From assembly GCF_020745735.1 (NCBI RefSeq), contig NC_083424.1, positions 29,622,999 to 29,686,998 on the forward strand: a stretch of 64,000 bases of DNA, in the 5' to 3' direction. The position numbers were made by a program, and so were the translations under genes. The stretch comes from Hemiscyllium ocellatum (taxonomy: Eukaryota). The notes beneath the pieces are model-generated. The model did no database searches, was not told where the DNA came from, and was given only the letters and a program-made list of their open reading frames with translations. Positions 42,001 to 53,600 of this stretch are shown here, piece by piece. The number at the start of each line of letters is the position of its first letter. Position 1 is the stretch's first letter.

Positions 42001-44591
42001 AAATCATTTGAGGAAGATCACATCAGAGCAGACAAATTGCGACCCATTCAATTGTGGAATAAGGAATAGATGTTGGAGGCCATTCAGCCTCTCCAGCATG
42101 CTCTGCCATTTCTGGATCGAAAAATAGGTATAAATATTTGACACTGATGTTCCCAATGCCAAAGTTATCAAACTGTAATAGGAGCAAACTATATTTTGAA
42201 ATTAAATGTGAATTTCAAAACGCAAGTAGTTCAATGCATTACACAACTTTAATTTGTGACTCCTCACATTTTATATTTTGGACATTTTAAAAAATTGCCA
42301 AACAATTCAAAATAACAGCCTCAGGTTTAGCTGCTCACAAACTAACATTATAAAAGTTTGATGGTTAAAAATCAACTAAAACTGATATAATTATGCTTCA
42401 GATGGCCGTGCAATACAAAACTAAACATACAAGGTTAATGGTAAAGTCCTAGAACTGTGCAAATGTTAGCTTTCAATCATTAAAATTAATTTTGAAGTAA
42501 AGTAATCTAACTTTTCCAAGTTAGATTATATAAACTGGAATAAACGTTTTGCTATACATGCACTACAATAGGCATGCGATAAAAGCTCCGGTAAATCATG
42601 TAATGATTAAGCATCGCAAAACATCGCAGGTGTAGAGAAAATGGTAGGCATGTTAAAAATTATTTACATCACTTCACATAAATTAGGATTAAAAATTACT
42701 TAATACTGGCATTACAATGCTTAAAAGACACTTGGGTAAGTAAATGAATATGAAACATTTGGAGGGTTACGGGCCAGGCGCAGGCAGGTCGGACTAGTTT
42801 AGTTTGGGAGTAAGTTCAGCATGGACTGGTTGGACGAAAGGGTTTATTTCAGTGCTGTATGACTCAGATTCTATGACTCCAAAAGCTTGCATCCATGTAC
42901 TAACATTGAAAACCTAAGCATTCTCCTCTTATTTTGGTAGCAGACCCAGCTTGCAAAATTATATGGAAATAAACTTAAAACCCAATTCAAATTTGTCGAA
43001 GGCTCTCTGAAAGCTCCCAAATGCAGTCTACTCAACCTTCCCTGGTTCTTTCTCCAAAATCATTCAATAGCCGGGGATAAAATTCTTACAAGCAGTCATT
43101 AAGGGTTGAACACATTTATTCAAACATTTACTACAGTATCACAGTTACAGAGTAACAAGACACCAAGCCCTAGTGTCAGTAGAGGTTCTAAAACCTCAGC
43201 AGAATAGCGGTACCAGCACTTACCAACTTGTTATCTCTCAGACTACCGAAATGGCACACTCAATCTTTAGTATTTATACAATTTTTGCCCACTAAACAGG
43301 TCATTCAAACTCATACTGACGAACATGATGTCCTCCCCACATTCCTGCTGTGCTTGTGATGAACTGGTTAGTCTTTTGATCATATTACTAGAATAGTGAC
43401 GATGAAACTGCTCTTCTACTGAATCAGTTGATGATATCAAGTGTTGACATCAAGTGTGGTCATATGGGGGGATCCAAGATGGCGGCGACCCAGCAAGACC
43501 GAGTCCACAGTGCTCTACCCAAAACTTGGGCAAAGTGGGCTATCCACCCCCACCACACTCACTAAACCATTTATAATAGTTGTTAACCTTAAATAGTTAC
43601 CTATTAGTACATTTAAATAGTCTAATACTAGCTGGAAAATGAGTAAAGGGAAGGGAACAGGCGGCTCTAAGAAAGCAGGGACCCCTCCCCCACCCTCTCC
43701 CTCTTCAGCTGCAACAAAGGTGTCTTCAGCTACTTCAGGAGACTACCAATGAAGATGAGCTTTGAGGAGATGTTTGCCAGGTGGGAGGCGAAGATTGATG
43801 CTTTTATCGATGAGTCTCGGCAGAGCAGAGAAGCACTATCAGCCGAGCTGCAGAAGCAGGGCAGAGACATTCAGGAATTGGGGTGCCGAGTCAGAGAGGT
43901 GGAGTCGAAGGCCGCAGCCTCAGAGACTGCGATAAAATCGGCAGCCGACCACATCCGTTTTCTCGAGAATCGAGTCCAGAACCTAGAAAACCACATTGAT
44001 GACCTCGAAAATCGATGTCGTAGAAAAAATATTCGGTTGTTGGGCCTGCCCGAGCAGGAAGAGGGAGGTCAGCTGACAGCATTCTTAGAGCATTGGCTGC
44101 CACAACTTTTAAATCTGCATAATGGATCAGGCCAGGTAAGGGTAGAATGGGCCTACCGGGTCACAGTACGTGGGCCCGGCTCAACCCAGCGCCCACGCCC
44201 GGTCCTGTTCCAGCTGCAGAGCTATAGGGAGAGGCAGATGCTCCTGGAAGCCTCAAGAAATCTGGGAAAAGATCCCCAAGCTATGACCCACAAAGGATCC
44301 AGGATCATGCTGTTCCAGGACTTCTCCCCAGCTTTGGTCCGAAAGAGGAAGGCATTCGATGAGGCGAAGAAGCGTTTAAGGGACTTAAATATTCAGTACT
44401 CCTTACGATATCCAGCGACGCTACGCCTTAGCCACGAAGGATCCATATATAACTTCGGATCACCGGAGAAGGCTAAGGAATTCTTGGACTCTCTTAAATG
44501 AACTGTAAGAGATTGTGGACGCTGGTCTGCCTTTCCCATTATTTTGGTTTACATCCCTTCATCTTTTCTTATCTTTCCCCCTATGTGTGTA

Positions 44592-44626
<35 letters not shown>

Positions 44627-47600
44627 GTTGGGGCGTTTGGTTAATGTTGATGGGGAGAGGTGGTTACCTTATTCTATTTTACTTCTGTTTTTAGGAGCGG
44701 GGTTGTTTTTCTTTCCCCTGTTATTTTGTGGTATTATATTTAAGTATTACGTGTTGAGATTGTAATCTTATAGTTATATATGGTATTAATATTCCCAAAT
44801 ATATTTAGATGTGGGTGTGGGTGGGGGTGGGGTGTTCACTGTTAACTCTAGCTTTATATTATATTTGAATTCTCCTCATTTTATTGAGGAACACCTGGGT
44901 CAAGGGTGGGGCACTGGTTGGAAGAGGGTAAGATGGACTGTAGGAGAGGAAGTGACGCTCCCTGGGAACAAGGGAGAAAATCTCCAATTCGGAATGTTTT
45001 ATATCTTTTATACTTAGAAAGAGTTTTTTGTTATATTGTTTTGAGTGTATCAGAGAGTCTTTACTTTTGTAAATCTTGTATGCTCCATGCTCGGGATGTT
45101 CTAGATAGGGTTTCACCTCCCGAGGGGTCTCGGATCTGTCCAGATGATGATGGCTGAACAGTCGGTTAAGTGGTGCACCTGGAATGTCAGGGGGAGTAAT
45201 TCGCCAGTTAAAAGAAGAAAATATTATCAAATCTTAAGAAGGAGAGAGTTGATATAGCTCTCCTACAGGAGACACACCTGTCGGATAAAGAACACTTAAA
45301 ATTACGACAGGGCGGATTTGATCAGGCCTTTTTTTCCTCTTTTAATTCAAAAAGCAGGGGAGTCGTTATCCTTGTCCGGAAGAACTTCCCTTTGAAAATT
45401 CTAAATCAGATAAAAGACGAATCTGGACGATATATTTTGATTAAAGCCCTCATAAATGGAGAGGAATATGGGATCTTAAATGTGTACTGCCCCCCGGCAC
45501 ACCCCTTTAAATTCATAACGGAAGCTTTTTCAAAACTGATGGCCTTTGGTGCCCGTCATACAATTATAGGGGGAGACTTTAATTCTATTATGGATCCGGA
45601 AATAGACAGGATTCCCAAGAGTGCCGCTGGAGTATCTCCCAGATCTAGACAACTGGCGGACCTGAATAAAGAATTAGGATTGGTAGATGTATGGAGATGT
45701 CTCCATCCACAGGGTAGAGATTTTTCTTTCTACTCTAATCCACATAAATGTCACACAAGAATTGATATGTTTTTTGCCCCATCGATTTTTCTAAATTCTA
45801 TAGCAACCTGTAAAATAGGTACTATAGCAATCTCTGACCATGCCGCTGTATACATGGAAACTAAGGTAAAGAACAATGGGACATCCGCTCGGCATTGGCG
45901 TATGGACCCCTTCCTGATAAAAGATAGCAAATTTTTAAAGTACTTCTCCCAAGAGCTTAAAACTTTTTTAGAAATTAATACTGGTATGGCTAGCAATCCG
46001 TCAATGATGTGGGAGACCATCAAAGCTTATGCACGAGGTTTGATCATCTCCTATTCAGCGACCCAGAGGAAAATGAAGGGAGAGCAACAGCGTCTGCTCG
46101 AAGCTCGCTTAAAAGCAGCCGAAACAGCATATGCTGATAGACCTTCTATCACAAAATTGCAGAGGATTACAGCTCTTAGGACAGCTTTAAACACCGCGCT
46201 TACTCAAACGGCTAAAAGGGAAATATTATTTGCGAAACAAAGATTATATGAATATGGCGACAAACCGGGCAGATACTTAGCATTTCTTGCAAAGAAAAAG
46301 AAAGCCCCTCAAACTATTCCGACCATCAAGGAAAGTACAGGTACCCTGACTCATGATCATAAAAAGATCAATGCGACCTTTAAAGAATTTTATTCTGAAC
46401 TATATAGATCGCAGGATTGTGAAGATAGGATTAGGAGGATGCAGTCATTTTTTAAAAATTTGACCTTCCCGGGCCTGACTCCGGAACAGGTGTCGGCCCT
46501 AAATACCCCTTTAACAGTCCAAGAAATACTTGAGGCAATTAGGCAACTTCAGAGTGGAAAAGCACCGGGCCCGGATGGTTTTCAAGCTGAATTTTATAAA
46601 GAATTTACAGGAATATTGGTTGACCCACTTATGGATATGTATAATTTTGCACATAGTCAGGTCTGTCTCCCGCCCACGCTGAAAGAAGCAAATATTTCTC
46701 TTATCCTCAAAAAAGGAAAAGACCCAGAAGATTGTGCATCTTACAGACCAATATCCTTACTAAATGTAGACTTTAAAATTCTCTCAAAAATGTTAGCACT
46801 AAGACTAGAAAGGGTACTGCCATATATTATAAAGGAGGACCAGACGGGATTTATTAAGGGCCGCAGATCATCCAATAATATCAGAAGGGTCTTGAATATG
46901 ATCCAAGCCTGTCATCAGGGAAAGATACCAGGAGTAGTAATTTCATTGGATGCGGAAAAGGCATTCGATAGGGTTGAATGGTCATATTTATTTTACACAT
47001 TGGAAAGGTTTGGCGTTGGACAGGTGTTTACCAAATGGGTTTCAACATTGTATAATGACCCCAAAGCAGCTGTTATTACTAATGGGTTAAGATCGGATAG
47101 CTTCAGTGTGGGTAGGGGCTGCCGTCAAGGATGTCCTCTCTCACCGTTGTTGTTTACACTGATAATCGAACCATTAGCAGAAGCCATCCGGACTGATCCT
47201 AATATAACGGCCCCGAGGATTGGTACAGGTAAACACAAAATTACCCTCTATGCAGATGACGTTCTCTTATTCCTCAGTAATCCTTTAATGTCAGTGCCTC
47301 GTCTAATTCAAGTTATTAATACATTTAGTGCATTCTCAGGCTATAAAATTAATTTTTCAAAATCGGAAGCCATGCCAATGGGTGGTCTGGCTATGATACC
47401 CCACTTAATGGACGGATCCCCTTTTCCCTTCCGTTGGTCCCTGGAGGGCTTCTTATATTTAGGTATCTTTATCACGCCAGTATTTGATCAGCTGTATAGG
47501 GCTAATTTTGTACAATTAATGGAAAGGATAAGGCAGGACCTCCAGCGATGGAGAGACCTTCCGACTTCCTGGCTAGGGAGAATAGCATTAATTAAAATGA

Positions 47601-50600
47601 ATGTTCTACCCCGTCTCTTATATCCTATGAGAATGCTCCCGCTGATGCTGCCAAGGCTAGCCCTACGTAAATTATATGGCTGGTTGGGCTCCTTTATTTG
47701 GAACCATAGACAGCCCCTTATTAAGCTGAAGAAGCTACAGCTTCCACAGGCAAGGGGAGGACTGGACTTCCCAGACTTTAGGAAATATCAATTAAGCTCC
47801 CTACTAAGTTACATAGCTGATTGGGTTTCATCTGATCCACAATCAATTTGGCTGGATATCGAAGCCTCCCAAGTAAAATACCCACTTATTAACCTTTTAT
47901 TTTCAGATAAGAGGAAAATCATTACAGACCACTGTAAAAATCCCATAATATTAAACACAATTAAGGCCTGGAATATAATGCGGCAAAATGAGGGTAACTC
48001 ACATAAAACATCCCCCCATGCACCAATAGTAGGCGCATGGGGATTCCAACTGGGGATTACAGATGCCACCTTTAAACTCTGGAGATCCAGGGGCATCTCA
48101 TGCTTAGGGGACCTATTTAAAGATGGGATCCTGATGTCCTTTGAGCAGCTGCGTCTGAAATTCGGAATACCTAATGGGGATCTCTTTCGATACTTCCAAG
48201 TTCGAGATTATATACAGAGGAAGACTACATTAATAGATAGTCTTTATAAATCAGACAGAGAACGTAATGTCTTATGACCAGCGGGGGCATCCTCCGTTAG
48301 TAATATATACCATTTGCTACATGATGGAGTCTCAGGAGACATGGATGACCTGCTTAAAACATGGGAGCAGGACTTGGGGCTAGAAATCTCCGAGGATATG
48401 TGGAATGACATTTGGGAAAATGCTAGAAGAATTGCTATCTGTAACAGAACTCAGGCTATCCAACTAAAGATACTTCATAGGGCCCATATAGCTTCGGCTC
48501 GACTGGCAAAATTTAAGGCAGGAGCATCTCCAATGTGTCCCAAATGCAAAATAGAGGTGGGTACTCTTGTACATTGTCTGTGGACTTGTCAGAAAATCCG
48601 CAGATACTGGACTAAAGTGGCAAATACCCTGACAGAAATTTTAGGAACGGAAATTAGGGTGGACCCTGTATCTCTCCTTTTGGGCTTTTCGAACCTCTCA
48701 TCTCTGGATATGCACGGGAAGAGACTATTTTCTATTCTCTCTTTCTGTGCAAGGAAAAATATTTTGGTGAACTGGGTGGCTGAGGGCCCCCCTGGACTTT
48801 CAAATTGGCACAGATTAATTATGGAATATATCCCCCTTGACTTCCTCACAAATATGGTGCACCGAAAGACTGAATTATTTTATAAAATATGGCAGCCCTT
48901 TTTGAATTATATAAATGCAGATATTTCGGCTATCCTAACAAGGGCTTTTATTTAGTGAAGATTTCAGACCGGGCTGCTCCATGGCCCCTTGGGAGAGGAA
49001 TCCTGCGCGAATACGGGTTTTATTATATTTGATGTTAATACATTCCGAGCATGTAAGAGATTTAGGTATACACTCTGGTTAGTTATAGGTTAGATTAGTA
49101 GAAAGTTGAGGTTTTTTTTTTCTTTCTTTTTTCGTTTTTTTTTCTCTTTTTGTTTTCTTTCTTTCTCTTTTCTTTGTTAAATTATGACTGTTGTATATAT
49201 GATTTAATTGTACATCAATGTTTGTATTTGAGAGTTTTGTTTATTTTTGTAAATTTGCAAAAATGTTAAATTTCAATAAAAATATCTACAAAAAAAAAGT
49301 GTGGTCATATACTCATTACATCATATCCTTGTTAAAACTTGATTACTGACTTTTTTTTTAAAAAGAAAATGTCTTAAACTCATACCTAAATGTTTTCCAA
49401 CTCTCATGCTTGGTCAGTAAACTTGATTCAAACCCCTATTGTGTTTCCTAATATGTACTTGAAGTGATCTGTCAAAGGCTTGTGTTCTTCCTTAATGACC
49501 AATTGTTAAATTTCATAGCTCCCTACATTTGTTCTTGTACAGAGCTGGACTTCCTGCTTTTCTCAGCAAAGTTAACCTACTTAATACTTTTTCCTTTTGC
49601 TTTATCTCTAACATTCTTAGGGTTCTTTAATTTTATGTTTTGCTCTTCCTGTCCTTTCTCAAAGGGATCCATCCTCCCTTTATACAGCATTTCACATCAC
49701 AGCCAGTCATGCACACAAGACACAGCCACCTGTCACTGCCCCATAGTCACGCCACCCAAAAACAACGTAAAGTGAGGGGAAATCCCACACATGTCAGGAC
49801 CCTGAAGTGGGTGTGGAGACAGAGGACCATGGACTTGTAAGTAGAGATAAGTTAAGTAGTTGTCGGAACTCCTTAGCATTGGTTATGCCAGGATGAACCC
49901 CAAAACGAGGAATGATTCAGGCGCCTATTAGGATGTTTAAATAAATAAAAACATTGGGAAATGAAATTTGGCTGGCAGGAGGAACTTGGGACAGAGGCGG
50001 CAATGTGGAAATATAATACGGGGACTACATGGAAAAATTCAATATCTGCATGGAGAAAGATTGCTGAGAAGATAACAAATAAATGAGTAAATCTAAACAA
50101 GCCAGCTGGGAGAATAACACTTGTCAAAGAGGGATCAGAATGTGTGATCATGAAGGAAACCTTAAGTCTCGGGCAGTGCTGAAGAGCCTGTGAGGATTTT
50201 GACTGAGTAGAGAAAAACAGGAAAAAATTGAGAAAGGGGGAGGAAAATAAGGATTCAGGATTGAAATGCCAAGTGGGAGTAAAATGGAAGTGCCTCCTGA
50301 CATGTTTGGTCTGCCAACGATGTTTCAAAATAATGACACCGACGACCAGCTATGGGTCACATTGCGGATTTCTGACCTCCTCAAGGATACCTATTCAGAA
50401 CTCACTAGATGTCTGAAATCTCAAAGCCATCCTCCTCCCCAAGCAACTGGCCATAATCAAATGAGCTGCCCATGTAATGGACAATATAGACATCAGCAAT
50501 GGCAATGCCAGAGCTGATAGAGCTGCCAAAAAATGCAGCAACAGCTCGCAATTGTGTTCTCAATGAACCAGTAGGCATTATATCGATCACTTGCCTAGAA

Positions 50601-53600
50601 AACAACTGGGATAACCAGACATTGTCACTGTGCAGCTTTTACAGGGAGATGCCCCGAACTCGAAAAACAAATATGGAAGACACATGGGTCTTCGTACTCT
50701 ACGGCAAAAGGCCTCTGGATCACTCCAGCTCTCCAAGTGCGTATACCTGATGCTTTATTACCAGTACTTATTGACTGTCTTCATATAGATACCCATATTG
50801 GCAAGGATGGAATATACCATGTTAAATGCCTGGTGGCACCCCCGACTGGCCAAGACAGCCCAAAGGTGTGTCATATCATGTCCAACATGTCAACAAAATA
50901 ATGTCGGTCAAGAGATGCAGTGCGTAACAGGAAAAACACTTTTGCCAGGTGGCCCATTTGAAAATATTCATCTTCATTTCATTGAACTGCCGCTTGTTCA
51001 TTGCTGTAAGTATTGTCTTGTTATTATTTATGTGTTTAGCAGATGGATTGAAGCCTTTATGACCACTAATAAAGCCTCAATGGTGGTAAAATTACTCCTG
51101 ACAGAGATCATACTGAGGTTTCGAGTGCCTTAACAGCTTAGTTCAAACAATGGCTCCCACTTTGTAGGGAAAAATGAACAAAGAGCTATGTGAGGTGCTG
51201 CATATCCAGCAGCAATTCCATTGTGCTTACTACTCTTAAGTGGCAGAAATAGTGGAAAGGGCAAACAGGATTCTTAAAACCAAACTAGGTCGATGTTTGA
51301 AACAGGCTTCAACTGGTTGAAGGTCTTGCCTTTAGCCTGGTATCGTGAGGATCATCCCACAGTCGACCACTGTACTGTCAGCAGCAGAAATAATTTATGA
51401 CCGACTCAGCAGGATCCCTTGGGATGCAGACAGACCTACTCATCTACAAAAGACTTCAATATTATGAGATAGGAAATGCAAAGGTACTTACAGCAGCTAA
51501 CAGTCTCTAAAGTTTCTCCATTCACAGGTAAAGTATGCCTTCAGAGCACCATCCATCCCTTCACAATCTGAGCCAAGTGCCACTTCACTCACCCTGCCCC
51601 CTGGATGCTTTACCCATTGCGTACTCAGTGCCAAGTCACATTCCTGGCAACCTTTTGCAGCGCTTCTGATAGACAATTGACCCCGGAAAGTATCACACTC
51701 ATTCTAGCAACCCTACCTGCTCTCCTAGCACCAGCACCGCCTGTTGAAGTAGGAGGACACAATGGATTGAATCAACTCCCCAATCATGAGCACAAAAAGT
51801 ATTGAAGCTAACAACCGTACATAAGCTTTTTGTTAGTGGTCTTCCTATGGATATTAAATCATGTGAGCCTTAGCTTCTCTTTCGACCTTTGAGAAATATG
51901 AAGGTTCACTGATCAAGCTGTTAAATTTGATAGCAGAACTGGAGCAGAAGCAGCAAAGAATGCATTAAATGGCATTCGATTTAATCCTGGTTGGAATTTG
52001 CAAAGGTGAACACGAAGATGGCCAAAAGCAAACTGATGGTTACACCTAAACCACAAACATGCACCCTGCCTTGGGAGCATACTTTATTGCATGGGGCCCT
52101 TACGACCTTGCAGGAACTGCACTGATCCATGCATCTCCAGAGGCCTGGGGTCCCTATCCACTGTAGACAACAGAGCTGACCTCTGCCAGACTGGATTTTG
52201 TTTTCAGAAAAATCACTGAAGGAGATTTTGGATAACTGACTTGTTTCCACTCAACTTGGAAGGGGTGGAGCAGTCAGGAAGGACTGAGGATTTAAGAACT
52301 TTACTGGTACAGTTTATTTTTTCCACTTGGAAGGATTCTATCTACTGGTTGTTATAATCATTGTATGTTGTGCATCAATAACTTGTTTAAATACTAGCTG
52401 TCAGATTTTTATGAATAAGCGTCTTTGTTCTGCTGACATGTAAGAAATTGGAAGTCCCGGGGTGTATTTTTCTGTCTGGTGGCAATCTAATCATATTCCG
52501 TAAATGCTGCAGTTTAAAGGAATAACCTAATCACACATTATTTCTGGAAATAATCTAATTGTTTTCCAGTGGCATGTGACTACGGGGGAGTGGCAGGGGG
52601 TTGTGTTGTGGGCATGACTGACTATGATGTAAAACCCTGTAAAAAGAGAGGATGGATCCCTTATTCACAGCTCCACAAGCATCGTGAAGAGAGTGTTAAC
52701 TGATGCGCCAAAACGTGCACTTGGTGAAATAAGTCGTGAGTGTTCACAAAAGTTGGCATAGTGCAGATGCATTAAGTGTGTTAAGAATCTCAAGAAGGGA
52801 ACCCAACAAAAGGGATCAGAGAAGTGCAACAACAATACTTCAAAAATGGAGGAAATAAAATCCCTATCACCATCCAAGGAAAAGATCTAACCACTTTGTC
52901 AGCAATGTGGCTTTGCTCCTTACTTTAAATAAAAACCTGTTTGCACTTAGTAACAACACTGAAAGAAACTATACATAATAGATTCTACATTATAATGACC
53001 ATGAAGTTAATCATGGTTGAACAATGTAGACTGAATGTTTAAATATTCTAAAATCCTGTTTGCTTTTGCTGTTCAGCAAAATGCCTTAGAATTTCCCCTC
53101 AGAAGGTTAAATAATTCAAATATAATTTATGATTTATCTGATACTTTACCGAAGAAATAATTGTTCAAAGAAGCCATAAACATGACTCCCATAATTGTAC
53201 CACACAAGCCCACCCCTCATCTGTTATTCACATGCATTTACAACAGGGGCAAGTCGACAGCAATCAGTACAGAAATCTAGCGTGGTGTACAATAACCTAG
53301 CTCAGCTCCAAATGCTCCTACAGCCAGCCTAACCAAAACCAGTTTACTCAGCCAGAGACCAAAGATTGAACCAACGTCCCTGCAGCTCAGTACAACAGAA
53401 TTCCATAATTTGAAAAAAATTATAGTTGGACTTTCCACTTACATGAAACGCTTCTTTGATCTTCTTTCCTGCATTCGATGTTTTCACTTTCAGGTGTTCC
53501 TCGAGCAGCACACTAGATGGCTGAAAAGATAGATACATACTTTCGCTTGAAATTTTAACAACACTTATGAAATGAAAGCTATATTTTGTCAAATATATTC

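Larger units (their letters stand above)
43466..49296 (+). mobile_element. Full-length L1-clade LINE (about 5.8 kb), antisense in ZCCHC8 intron 5
   Basis: 14-bp TSD AAGTGTGGTCATAT (43452-43465 and 49297-49310); 5-prime GGGGGGATCCAAGATGGCGG; ORF1 and ORF2; AATAAA at 49275 followed by an A tail. Confidence 0.97.

Noticed and set aside
42950-49660. Possible minus-strand solo LTR hosting the L1 (TATA-like near 43272, AATAAA-like near 43115)
   Set aside because: Termini and TSD could not be defined by eye; the evidence is too weak.
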